In this document: positions 33,364 through 43,459 of the stretch, in pieces
How positions within the stretch are numbered: position 1 is the first letter of the stretch
How the letters are laid out: each line of letters opens with the position of its first letter
DNA from: Promethearchaeota archaeon
GTDB taxonomy: Archaea > Asgardarchaeota > Lokiarchaeia > Sigyniarchaeales > SOKP01
DNA: 64,000 nt
Direction: 5' to 3'
Assembly (NCBI GenBank): GCA_030603385.1
Contig: JAUVXW010000001.1
Span: 192,001-256,000 of the forward strand
Translations under genes and position numbers: made by a program
The notes under the pieces: generated by a model
Database searches by the model: none
What the model was told of the DNA's origin: nothing
The model's input: the letters and a program-made list of their open reading frames with translations, nothing else

Positions 33364-33476
33364 ATTATTTTTCTTTTCTTATAGATGAATTAAAATCAAA
33401 ATTAGCAGGGAATTAATTCATATACATAAATTTTAAGTTCTAGGATATATTTTTTCTCAATATACATATTTTAGAT

Positions 33477-33917
33477 TTGGTGAAGAAATTGCCAAAAGGA
33501 CTATATGCTGCGAGAAAGCTTCAAGCGAATAGGAAAAAGTTTAGATGGTCAAAGAAAAAATATAAAAGGAGAAAACTTAAGCTAAAACAGAAATCCGACC
33601 CATTGGAAGGGAGTTGTCAAGCCCTCGGGATAGTACTTCAAAAAGTTGGCCGAGAGAGTAAACAACCTAATTCAGCTATTAGAAAATGCGTGAGGATTCA
33701 ACTGAAGAAAAATGGAAAAAGTGTGACAGCCTTCCTTCCGGGAGATGGGGCGCTTAATTTCATTGAAGAACACGACCGAGTCATAGTTGAAGGAATTGGT
33801 GGAGCCAAAGGAAGAAGTATAGGCGATCTTCCTGGAGTACGTTACAGGGTAGTTAAAGTAAATGGTGTAAGTTTAGAAGCTCTTTTAGCTGGAAAGAAAG
33901 AAAAACCTTTACGTTAA
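33477..33917 (+). CDS. rps12: 30S ribosomal protein S12 (uS12)
   Basis: [25 protein letters not shown]. Confidence 0.98.
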   Translation: MVKKLPKGLYAARKLQANRKKFRWSKKKYKRRKLKLKQKSDPLEGSCQALGIVLQKVGRESKQPNSAIRKCVRIQLKKNGKSVTAFLPGDGALNFIEEHDRVIVEGIGGAKGRSIGDLPGVRYRVVKVNGVSLEALLAGKKEKPLR

Positions 33918-33939
33918 TGAGATAATGGGATAAGGAAAT

Positions 33940-34557
33940 ATGAGCAAAACGAAAAATGAAATTAAGTTTTTTAATAAATGGTCTTTTGATAACGTCACTG
34001 TCAGAGATCGGACACTCGAGAATTATATCAACTTAAAACCGATAATAATTCCTCATTCTGCTGGAAGACATGAACATAGAAGGTTTTGGAAATCTACCAA
34101 AGTATCAATACTTGAACGATTTGTAAATAGATTACTTTCTCCCGGATTTATTGGAAGTAGAATTAGGGGACGTAAAAGTTCATTTAATTCTGGCAAGAAA
34201 GGAAAATTATTGACAAGTATAAAAAATGCATTTGTTTTAATTGAGTTAACTACAGAGCAAAACCCGATTCAAGTTTTCATAGATGCGATAATGAATACAA
34301 CACCTAGAGAAGAGACTACTCGTATCGCGATGGGGGGCATCAGTTATGCGTCAGCAGTAGATATCGCGCCGCAACGCAGAGTTGACTTGGCTTTAAAGTA
34401 TCTATCTCAAGCTATTGCTGCAAGGTCGCATTCTAATGAGAAACAGTTTGAAGAGAACTTAGCACAAGAGTTGATATTAGCAGCAAATAATAGTCAAGAA
34501 TCTAGGGCTGTAAAGCGAAAAGACGAAATAGAAAGAATCGCAGTTTCAGCTAGATAA
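33940..34557 (+). CDS. rps7: 30S ribosomal protein S7 (uS7)
   Basis: PHSAGRH, PREETTRI, AVDIAPQRRVD, ERIAVSAR. Confidence 0.98.
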   Translation: MSKTKNEIKFFNKWSFDNVTVRDRTLENYINLKPIIIPHSAGRHEHRRFWKSTKVSILERFVNRLLSPGFIGSRIRGRKSSFNSGKKGKLLTSIKNAFVLIELTTEQNPIQVFIDAIMNTTPREETTRIAMGGISYASAVDIAPQRRVDLALKYLSQAIAARSHSNEKQFEENLAQELILAANNSQESRAVKRKDEIERIAVSAR

Positions 34558-34986
34558 AGATCCTCATAATAAAAAATCAGCAGATTAACTAGTTTAAGAA
34601 GATTCTGAGGATACTAAGGTTCAAACTATACTCTAGCTCATATAAATAATTAATCTTATTCTTCAGTATTAAAAAAGGATTTAAATTATTTAGATTAGGT
34701 TTAAAATTTCTTTTACTTAAAAGATATACCAATTTCTTTTTTATATTAGTAATAAATTATAGTTATTAAGGGATATTTTAAATCATTAATATGAAGAGGT
34801 GATGATACATTAAGGTGTTAAAGAAAAGGCAATGGTTAACAATAAATGAAAAAATGGCAGATATGAGCCCAAAAGAATACTATGAAGAAATTTTTAAAGA
34901 AATTATACAGAAAATTAATGAAAATGAAAATAGGACTAAAAAATATATTAGTATAAAAAAATAAGGAAATTAAGAATAATTTATTT

Positions 34987-36453
34987 TTACAAACAATAAT
35001 CTATAATAGTGTCCATAGTTGCAAAAGCAAGGTAAGCTCCAATGGGAATCAATGGAATCCAAAACTCGTTACGATCAAAGATCTCTACTTGAAGAATTAA
35101 CATTACAAAACTCAGCAGTAAAAATAGTGTCCATATCCCTAAAGTTCTTGTTTTAATTGGTCTTTTAATAAAGTAATTAGTACCTAAAGCAATAATGGCG
35201 TAATTTAGAATGATTATAAGAGGTATTGGAATCCAGAAACCTTGAGCCCAAAAAATAAACAAAAGTATTGACGTAAAAACTATGAAAAAGTTGATGTAAA
35301 AGAGTGTACGTCTTACTAAATCTTTGTTTTGATCTATTTTATACCAAAGTATCCCGAATGAAATAAAAAAGACCCAAACAGTGATTAGTTCTAATATTTC
35401 TTCAAGCCCAAAACCGGTCTCAATAGCATAATGAGTACCCCCATAAGCAAAAATCATTCCATACCCTAAAATTTGCGTAAGTAGAATATGATATGTTGAA
35501 TTCCCAATCAATGTAACTGCTCGCGAAATTCGCCCATCTGATTTTTTGGGTAAGAATCTCATTGCAAGTAAAAATAGAAAGGCAGAGTATGGAATAATTA
35601 AGAAATGATAATCTCCTCTTAAAAGTGGAACGTCATCAATCATAATCCTAAAGCCAAAAAATTGATGTGCACCAATAAACGCTAAACTAATAGGGTATAT
35701 AATCCACATAAAGAAATTTCTATTATGTTCTAGTTTATATCCAAATGAGAACCACATACCTAAACCAATAGCAGAAAGATAAAATAAAGTACAGGTCATG
35801 AACATATTTAGAATATGTACTTCTTCCCATGAGGTAATTTCTCCAATTAAGAAAAATACAGTTAATTGCATTGCAATCTCAACAACAAAACAAAGAAATA
35901 ATGATAAAATTGGCTTTTTTGTAAATGCTTTATAGAGTAAAGGTAAGATTAAGATAGACTGGAAAAGTATTGGAAGAAACCAATTTCCAGGGCCCCAAAA
36001 AGGTAAAAAACCTATAAATAAGTTTATAAATCCATGACTTGGATAATATTGTCTATGATACATCGCTGAGATATTAAAACCATACATAAATAAACCTATA
36101 AAAGTTGAAACCGCGTATAAGATAAGAAATGGGACAATGTACCGCAAAATTTTGCTTTTAAAATAATTCCAAGAATATAAATCTCTTAGTTTCAGTGTCT
36201 CTCTTCTCTGAAATGATTTACCTGCATTAAATCCCAATATTACTAAAAATACAGGAATTGAGATTCTTTCCCATAGGGTTACACCGATATCGCTTTTTAT
36301 ACTCCAAGATACAATATGATCGAAAATTACTAGAAAAATCATAGCTGCTTTCAAGACGTCCACTTGAAAGAATCGCGATTCATCAGATATCTCTTTATCT
36401 GTCTTAATTAATGCTAATTCACTAATTTGTTTTTGATCTGTCATATAACTCAA
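34987..36453 (-). CDS. Acyltransferase-3 family membrane protein
   Basis: RFFQVDVLKA...VIFDH, PVFL..G, RILRY..PF, WFL, STYHILLTQ. Confidence 0.8.
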   Translation of the reverse strand: MSYMTDQKQISELALIKTDKEISDESRFFQVDVLKAAMIFLVIFDHIVSWSIKSDIGVTLWERISIPVFLVILGFNAGKSFQRRETLKLRDLYSWNYFKSKILRYIVPFLILYAVSTFIGLFMYGFNISAMYHRQYYPSHGFINLFIGFLPFWGPGNWFLPILFQSILILPLLYKAFTKKPILSLFLCFVVEIAMQLTVFFLIGEITSWEEVHILNMFMTCTLFYLSAIGLGMWFSFGYKLEHNRNFFMWIIYPISLAFIGAHQFFGFRIMIDDVPLLRGDYHFLIIPYSAFLFLLAMRFLPKKSDGRISRAVTLIGNSTYHILLTQILGYGMIFAYGGTHYAIETGFGLEEILELITVWVFFISFGILWYKIDQNKDLVRRTLFYINFFIVFTSILLFIFWAQGFWIPIPLIIILNYAIIALGTNYFIKRPIKTRTLGIWTLFLLLSFVMLILQVEIFDRNEFWIPLIPIGAYLAFATMDTIIDYCL

Positions 36454-36735
36454 TAAATTTGTGTAATTATAAGAATATCATAATCATATTTTATTCAGAA
36501 AGAAATATAAAAAATAAGGAGTCCAATTATTATTGTCAGAATGAAGTAAATAAAATAGGAATGAGGAACCTTTGATCCTATTCTACAAAACTTGTGACTC
36601 TACTTATTAGTTCTCGCAAAATAAACCAAGATATCACCTGTATATTACCTAAATTAATTCTAAGATTAAAAAAATCCTAAATTTTTATATAATAGATAAT
36701 CATATTATTTAGTTAAGCAGATTTAAAGAATATGT

Positions 36736-38751
36736 ATGGTTTCGATAAGTAAAGTGGATTCCGACAAAAATAATAATTTTTTAGAGAGGCAACTAAAGAC
36801 ATTAGGTAAAAAGATAAGAATAGATATTTTGAAAAAACTAAAAGTTGCTCATAACCATTTTTCCTTTTCGAAACTCCAAAAAGAAGTCCTGGAACATAAT
36901 TTTTCTTCTGTAAATTTCTCTTTTCATTTAAATGCATTAAAAAAATGTGAACTTATTGATTCATCAGAAGAAGGATATTATATAACGAAATTAGGGAAAC
37001 AAATTTTAAATAATATATTATCAATAGAACAGATCCTCACAGATAGATCCAAAACAAGAATGATTAGGACATCTAAATATTCTAAAGAATTATTTGATTC
37101 AAACAAAATAGAAGAATATCTTGTTGTTGAAGGTGAATTAGATGTTTTTTTAGCTAGACAAATTGCTCGAGAAGTTGAAGAGCGTTTAGCTAAAACAAAT
37201 ATTGAATATTTAACTGCTCCATTAATGCGAGAGTATATAAACGCTATTTTATTAGAAAATGGTTTAGAAGAGGTAAGACATAAGCTTACTAGATTAGGAA
37301 CTCCCCCTTATGAAGTATTTAAATTATTCAATTCAAAAGAAAAAGAAATGACACCAGAAAAATTTATAAAAAGACTAGGTTCTGATGTTTCTGAACAATT
37401 TCTACTTTTAAATCTCCTTCCCAAAAATCTCGCAGATTTATATTTAACAGGAGAAATAGCTCTCCTACATTTAAATTATTGGAGTTTAAGGCCTCTAAGT
37501 ATTTATTTAAACACTGATTCTGTTATTAAGTATATTTTAAAGAATAAATCAAATGTATCAAATAATTTTGAAAAAACCGAAGATTCCATAAAAATAATTT
37601 TAGGTTTCTGTGATTTTCTAAATAAATTTAAACGATTTTACTCTGAAGATTTATTGTTAGGAGATTTTAATAACCATTTTCTCACAAATTTAAATTTACC
37701 AGCAAATAAGTCTTATATCATCGATTTATTAACCTCCCAAATGCTCAGTTTTAATGAAAGCTTTAATGATGGTCAATCACATTTATCCTTAGGATTTAAT
37801 AACACACAGTCTCCAACTAATGCTAGTATTTTAACGGACCAACCAGTAACACAAATCTTATATTCTTTTATTGAGAAGTCAGTAAAGAACAATGGGCCAT
37901 TATTGTTGTTTGGATACTCAGATTTTGTTGCTCAAAATTCAACAAGGGATATTCTTAATGATCTTTTTTCTCATTCCCTAAAAAATAATGTAATTCTCCA
38001 AGATAATGGTTTTTTAAATTTGCAAAATTCTACAATAATAAAAATTTTAGATCCAAAACAAAACAAAATCATTTTAGATAAGATTTTAATTAATTTGCAT
38101 ATGATTTCAGTAGAAGCAAAGCAAAATGATGACACATTTATTGAATTGTTACAGGACAAAATGGAATCGATTTTTAAATTATTCAATTTTAAGAAAAACC
38201 TTGTAAACAAAAAATTAAGTACGGTTAATGATTGGATTAAAATAATCCCGCAGGTATTTGGTGAAAAAGAAGATTGCATAATAAAGGATTCAATAAAGTC
38301 AATAAGTTTTTTTGGATTAAATAAAGCAATTCTAAATCATTGTGGTATAGAACTTGATAGAACGGAAACTAGTACTTCATTTGCATTAAATATCTTATCT
38401 TTTATGAAAAAACTTATTGAAGAAAAGAATGAATTAGAAAATGAATACTATACTTTGACGCAACCCCATAATGATAAATATTTACAAGATTGCTGGAATA
38501 ATGGAATCTCACATAGTGGACACAACATTTACTATTATTCATCTAAAATTATTAGAGAGAACTCTACTTTATCTTTAGTTAAAAAAATTTCCCTATTTAA
38601 AAAATTTGAAAATATATTAAATGGGGGGTCAATATTTGATCAATCTATTAATGCAAATGATATCTCCCTTAACAATTATCTAAAAATGTTAATTGATTCA
38701 AAAATTAATGCTTTTTCTTTAAGTAATTTTGAAAATTATGTAAGAAATTAA
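36736..38751 (+). CDS. ArsR-type wHTH + ATP-cone + degenerate NrdD-like domain protein
   Basis: RIDILKKL...FSFHLNALKKCELI (wHTH); IRTSKYSKELFDSNKI...LTAPLMREYINAILLENG...TRLG (ATP cone); SISFFGLN; no C-terminal RxxGY. Confidence 0.7.
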   Translation: MVSISKVDSDKNNNFLERQLKTLGKKIRIDILKKLKVAHNHFSFSKLQKEVLEHNFSSVNFSFHLNALKKCELIDSSEEGYYITKLGKQILNNILSIEQILTDRSKTRMIRTSKYSKELFDSNKIEEYLVVEGELDVFLARQIAREVEERLAKTNIEYLTAPLMREYINAILLENGLEEVRHKLTRLGTPPYEVFKLFNSKEKEMTPEKFIKRLGSDVSEQFLLLNLLPKNLADLYLTGEIALLHLNYWSLRPLSIYLNTDSVIKYILKNKSNVSNNFEKTEDSIKIILGFCDFLNKFKRFYSEDLLLGDFNNHFLTNLNLPANKSYIIDLLTSQMLSFNESFNDGQSHLSLGFNNTQSPTNASILTDQPVTQILYSFIEKSVKNNGPLLLFGYSDFVAQNSTRDILNDLFSHSLKNNVILQDNGFLNLQNSTIIKILDPKQNKIILDKILINLHMISVEAKQNDDTFIELLQDKMESIFKLFNFKKNLVNKKLSTVNDWIKIIPQVFGEKEDCIIKDSIKSISFFGLNKAILNHCGIELDRTETSTSFALNILSFMKKLIEEKNELENEYYTLTQPHNDKYLQDCWNNGISHSGHNIYYYSSKIIRENSTLSLVKKISLFKKFENILNGGSIFDQSINANDISLNNYLKMLIDSKINAFSLSNFENYVRN

Positions 38752-38778
38752 AAATTAGAAGTGATATCTTCGGTTCCT

Positions 38779-39696
38779 TTATTCTATCATTAATTCTGCT
38801 AAAAGGGCTTTTCTCATCGGAATACCATAAGAAGCTTGTTTAAAATAAATTGCCTTTTCAGAATTATCAACACCAGGAGAAATTTCTGTTATTCGAGGTA
38901 AAGGATGTAATAAACGAAATTCATCCTTTGTGTTTTCAAGATCATTTTCTCTAAAAGTGTAAAAATCTTTCACTTTTTCATATTCTTCTAAATCAATAAA
39001 CCTTTCTTTCTGAACTCGGGTCATATAAAGTACATCTAATATGTTTAAAATCTTTCTGTAATCCGTTATTTCCTTATATTTCATATGTCGTTGTTGTAAG
39101 AAATCTTTATCTCGATTTCTCATTTTCAATTCGACAGGACTTATGAAATAAATATTAACATCAAAATTAGATAAAAGAATTGAGAGTGAATGGACTGTTC
39201 TGCCATACTTAAGGTCTCCCATTAATCCTATATTCAAGCCATTCAATGTGCCGAATTCTTCAGTTATGGTTAAGAGATCTAATAATGCTTGAGTGGGATG
39301 TTCTCCACTTCCAGAACCCGCATTAATGACTGGGACCTGTGCGAATTTTGAAGCCATTCTCGCAGCACCTTCAAGCGAGTGCCTCATCACAATACAATCA
39401 CAATAATTTTCTACTGTCCTAATTGTATCCGCAATACTCTCGCCTTTTTTAATGGAGGAAACATCTCCAGAATGAAACCCAATTACATTCCCTCCTAATC
39501 TATACATGGCAGATTCAAAACTAAGTCGAGTACGAGTAGAAGGTTCGAAAAACAAGGTTGCAAGAATTTTACCCCTCAGAAGATTTGAGTTTCTTTCACT
39601 TATCATTTCTTTGCCTTTATTCAAGAAATACGCAATATCTTCTCTATCAAATTGCTTTGCACTTATTATTCCTTCGGCAAATTTCTCATGAAGCAT
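38779..39696 (-). CDS. pyrB: Aspartate carbamoyltransferase catalytic subunit
   Basis: FFEPSTRTRLSF, HPTQ, GDLKYGRTVHSL, HPLPR. Confidence 0.98.
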   Translation of the reverse strand: MLHEKFAEGIISAKQFDREDIAYFLNKGKEMISERNSNLLRGKILATLFFEPSTRTRLSFESAMYRLGGNVIGFHSGDVSSIKKGESIADTIRTVENYCDCIVMRHSLEGAARMASKFAQVPVINAGSGSGEHPTQALLDLLTITEEFGTLNGLNIGLMGDLKYGRTVHSLSILLSNFDVNIYFISPVELKMRNRDKDFLQQRHMKYKEITDYRKILNILDVLYMTRVQKERFIDLEEYEKVKDFYTFRENDLENTKDEFRLLHPLPRITEISPGVDNSEKAIYFKQASYGIPMRKALLAELMIE

Positions 39697-39856
39697 TTAA
39701 ATTCTCATTTATAATGTTTTTATTAACATTATGAAAGTAAGATTTAAATTTTTTATTATTAAACTATGGTTTTTCAAAAGAAATAGGCTAAACTAATAAA
39801 ATTTAAAATTTATAAATAATTAAATTAGTTAATTAGATAAAATTAATATTTTAAAT

Positions 39857-40138
39857 ATGAAGTACCCTAAAACCACAAGGAAATATTGCCCCAGTTGTCG
39901 TTCACATCAGATACATAATGTTTCATTGTACAAAAAGGGCAAAGAACGTGCTCTTAATCATGGAAGACGTCGATTAGAGAGGAAGAAAAGAGGTTATGGA
40001 AGTTTTCCAAAAGAGATTTTTAAAAAAAACGCAAAAACTAATAAAAGAAGCACTCCTGTTTTAGAATGTACTAAGTGCAATAAGAAGCAATACGCCAAAT
40101 CCTATCGTGTTAAAAGACTTGAATTACAAGAAGTATAA
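39857..40138 (+). CDS. rpl44e: 50S ribosomal protein L44e
   Basis: YCPSC..H, RGYG, LECTKC. Confidence 0.96.
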   Translation: MKYPKTTRKYCPSCRSHQIHNVSLYKKGKERALNHGRRRLERKKRGYGSFPKEIFKKNAKTNKRSTPVLECTKCNKKQYAKSYRVKRLELQEV

Positions 40139-40159
40139 CCAATAAGGAGGTAAAAATTA

Positions 40160-40366
40160 ATGGCAAACAATAAAAAATCAAAAATTCTAATACCGCAACC
40201 AAAAAGTAGGTTTTTACGTGTGAAATGTTTAAATTGCGGAAACCAGCAAATTATTTTTGGATGTTCGGCAACTGATGTGGAATGTTTAGTGTGTGGAAAA
40301 ACTTTACTCCAATCCACGGGTGGTAAAGCTCGAATTCTTACTAAAATTTTAGAAGTTCTTTCTTAA
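40160..40366 (+). CDS. rps27e: 30S ribosomal protein S27e
   Basis: [23 protein letters not shown]. Confidence 0.97.
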   Translation: MANNKKSKILIPQPKSRFLRVKCLNCGNQQIIFGCSATDVECLVCGKTLLQSTGGKARILTKILEVLS

Positions 40367-40485
40367 TTACAAATTTTTGCGTTCTATTCCTTCTTGATTT
40401 AATAAGTTCGTGAAACCGAACTTTCACGATTAAACTTCAATATCGTAGTAATATAATTATTTAGTTTTCCAGATAAAAAATTTTA

Positions 40486-40818
40486 TTACTCTTCACGCCA
40501 CGTGTGTTTACACTTTACACATCTAAAAAAATGAGTACTTGGCTCATCAGAGCTTCTAATTTGTATATGCCAAGTTTCAGCCTCCTTATGTTGACATTTG
40601 GGGCAAATTTTTTTAACTATAGGATGAATAGAAATTTTATCTTCTTTGTTAACTATTATCAGATTTTTTTCTAAAGCTTCTTTCTTCTTCTGAACACTTT
40701 CAAAATCTATTGCAGTGTCTAGATTTTCTTGATAACCACACTTACATGCAAGATATCCGTTTCCATCTTCCGTTTTTTTGCGTAAAAGATTTGAACACTC
40801 TGGACAGAATTGTACCAT
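40486..40818 (-). CDS. tfs: Transcription factor S (TFS/RpoM-like)
   Basis: FCPEC, CPKC...QIRSSDEP..FFRCVKC..WRE. Confidence 0.93.
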   Translation of the reverse strand: MVQFCPECSNLLRKKTEDGNGYLACKCGYQENLDTAIDFESVQKKKEALEKNLIIVNKEDKISIHPIVKKICPKCQHKEAETWHIQIRSSDEPSTHFFRCVKCKHTWREE

Positions 40819-40843
40819 TTGTTATATCCTATAGTTTTTCTTA

Positions 40844-41161
40844 TTATTCATATTCCTTTTTTAATTCATAAAGCTTTAGATAGTATTTAAAATTTAATTT
40901 ATTCATGTCTTGGATGATTTCTGCCACAATTGTTTTTCCTCCATCCATACTAATGACAAGTTCACCAATGACATTAATTAAATCATTTTTCTTATTTCTA
41001 AAATCAAGATTTTTAATATCAACATTAATTTGTCCGGTTTTATCATCTAAAATGAGGTGTTCTTTTTCAATAAGATCTTTTATATAACCAGTTACTTGAA
41101 TTCTAACATCATTATTTTTGATATCTTTTATCGTTCTTTGTTTCGCAGATTGTGATGACAT
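40844..41161 (-). CDS. Single OB-fold protein, RPA small-subunit (Rpa3/RPA14)-like
   Basis: VTG, LDDKTGQI, VIG, AEIIQD followed by a C-terminal helix; located by PCNA and primase. Confidence 0.7.
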   Translation of the reverse strand: MSSQSAKQRTIKDIKNNDVRIQVTGYIKDLIEKEHLILDDKTGQINVDIKNLDFRNKKNDLINVIGELVISMDGGKTIVAEIIQDMNKLNFKYYLKLYELKKEYE

Positions 41162-41339
41162 TTTTTCTTTAAAAAACTCAAAATTTAATACTACTATACA
41201 TTGAAAATTTAGGATAAGTATAAATAATTAATTTAATACATAGAATTGATTTTATTAAAAGACTAATATTAAACATTATTAATAATGCTAATAAAACATT
41301 ATTATCTTAATTATAATTGAATAAAGGTACTGAAAGAAT

Positions 41340-42143
41340 ATGAGCTTTACGTTAAAATTGGAAAATAGTCGGATATTGAAAGGGATTGTTGAAACTCTTG
41401 CCAGTATTATAGATGAAACTGAGTTTCGAGTCACTCCTAAAGAGTTTACAATTTCAGCGATGGATCCTAGTAGAATCTGTTTATTAAAATTATCGTTAAA
41501 AAAGGATGATTTTGATGATTATCAATGTAGTAAAGAATCAAAAGTTGGTTTAAATTTGGATGATCTGGATAAGATCTTGAAGAGGAGTGCTGCTAATGAT
41601 TCGGTTGAGATTGACTTTAACGAAACTGACCAAAAAATAAAAATAAAAATGCAAAGGGAAGGAGTATCACGAACAAGAACATTTAGTCTAGCTTTATTAG
41701 ATATTGATATCGAAGAAATTCCAATGGATAATTTACTAAAGATAGAATATCCATCGAGTTGGGTATTAGACCCAGATTTTTTAGTAGAGGCAATAAAGGA
41801 TGCTGAAATTTATTCCGAAATTCTTAATATAAACGCCAATGAAGGACAGGGACTCATTTTTAGCTCATCAGGGCAAATTGGTGAAATGGAATACGATCTC
41901 AATGAAGATGATTTAATCGAGAGTGAACTCCAAGGTTCAAGCAGCGGGGCTTATTCCTTAACATTTCTTAAAGCTATTTTAAAAATTGCTTCAATTACAG
42001 AGAAATTGGAAATATCTTTAAAGACTGATCATCCCTTGAAAATGAATTTTGATCTTCTTGAAGGTGGAAAACTAAGCTACTTCCTTGCACCAAGAGTAGA
42101 AGAAGAAGAATTTGATGAAAACGAGGATATGGACGAATTTTAA
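41340..42143 (+). CDS. pcn: DNA polymerase sliding clamp PCNA
   Basis: AMDPSRICL, YSLTFL, YFLAPR. Confidence 0.97.
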   Translation: MSFTLKLENSRILKGIVETLASIIDETEFRVTPKEFTISAMDPSRICLLKLSLKKDDFDDYQCSKESKVGLNLDDLDKILKRSAANDSVEIDFNETDQKIKIKMQREGVSRTRTFSLALLDIDIEEIPMDNLLKIEYPSSWVLDPDFLVEAIKDAEIYSEILNINANEGQGLIFSSSGQIGEMEYDLNEDDLIESELQGSSSGAYSLTFLKAILKIASITEKLEISLKTDHPLKMNFDLLEGGKLSYFLAPRVEEEEFDENEDMDEF

Positions 42144-42265
42144 TCAGCTCCTTTTTTATTAAAATTATTATAAAACCAATTAACTCGTAATAATTAAAAC
42201 AAAATATCAATCATTTTCAAATAGATTAATTTATTTCCTTTTTAAAAAGTGAGGTAACAGGAGCT

Positions 42266-43459
42266 TTGAGCATTCCAACTGAATTAATAAATCGTTATCC
42301 ATGGCTCCCATCGTTAAAAAAACATTATTCTGAAATTGCTTCAAGATCTCCATCTATGTTCATTTCCGAAGTATTTTCAAAAGACTTTGGGAGTGATTTA
42401 AAAGAAAGACTTTTAGATTTATTTGAAGCAGCTTTCGATAATTTGGAAGAAATTTCTGATTACAAAAGTGATAGGTTAAATGTATATGTATATTTATTAT
42501 TAAATATCTTTCTCTATGCTTTAGATAATCAAATGATTACTAATCGATTAGCCAATCTCTATTCTAAAATAACCTATAACGAGTTAATCAAAGAAAATAA
42601 TGATGCTAATCTCTATAACATATGCCAAGATCTAGGGTTAAAAATAAGGTATTATGAACCACCAATTAATTATGGCGTGAATATTGTAAAAGATCATCAT
42701 CAAAAACTTGAGACTAATTTCACAATTCATTTTATTGATTATTTAAGTCTTGCATCAAACTTAAGAGATGAATACAGAAAATTAGCACATAATTCTCTTT
42801 TAGAGGGTTATGTATTCATTCAAAACAAAAGACTAATTCGTCTAATTCAAGAATATGTAAGAAATAAACTTCTTATTAAAGAAGCTGAGGATAAAGAATC
42901 ATTAAAAGCATTTTTAAAAGAAGTTTCAGATATTAAAGATTTCAAAGAGATACTTGAAAAAGTTTTAAATACGTGGACAGAACGAAAAGAAGAGTTTGAA
43001 TACACATTTAAAATTAATTTTGAAAGTGAAACAGAATTATTAACATTATTTCCTCCATGTGTAAATGAAATACTGAAGAAAACACAAGAAGGCCAAAATC
43101 TAATTCATAACGAAAGGCTTTTTATTGTTTGGTTTTTACTTGCTCTTGAATATCCCGTGGAGAAGGTTGTGGATTTATTTTCAACATTACCTGATTTTAA
43201 CAGAGAGAAAACTACCTACCAAGTCAATTATGCAAAAAAGAAAAATTATATTCCATATAAATGCTTAACATTAAAGTCTCTAAATTTATGCTTAGCCGTA
43301 AAATATAAGGATGAGCTATGTTTAACTGGTTATGGTTCAGTTGAACCTAGTGAAAGAAAAAAAATAGCTCATCCCTTATTTTATACTCGGATAAAGAAAT
43401 ATAGGGCCTCTAGAGATGAGAATTACAAAAAAAAAGAATTAGCCAAAGAAAATGAGTGA
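42266..43459 (+). CDS. priL: DNA primase large subunit
   Basis: RYPW, FPPC, HNER, PDF...T.YQ, YKC.TLK...LC...C...HPL (Fe-S Cys). Confidence 0.93.
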   Translation: MSIPTELINRYPWLPSLKKHYSEIASRSPSMFISEVFSKDFGSDLKERLLDLFEAAFDNLEEISDYKSDRLNVYVYLLLNIFLYALDNQMITNRLANLYSKITYNELIKENNDANLYNICQDLGLKIRYYEPPINYGVNIVKDHHQKLETNFTIHFIDYLSLASNLRDEYRKLAHNSLLEGYVFIQNKRLIRLIQEYVRNKLLIKEAEDKESLKAFLKEVSDIKDFKEILEKVLNTWTERKEEFEYTFKINFESETELLTLFPPCVNEILKKTQEGQNLIHNERLFIVWFLLALEYPVEKVVDLFSTLPDFNREKTTYQVNYAKKKNYIPYKCLTLKSLNLCLAVKYKDELCLTGYGSVEPSERKKIAHPLFYTRIKKYRASRDENYKKKELAKENE

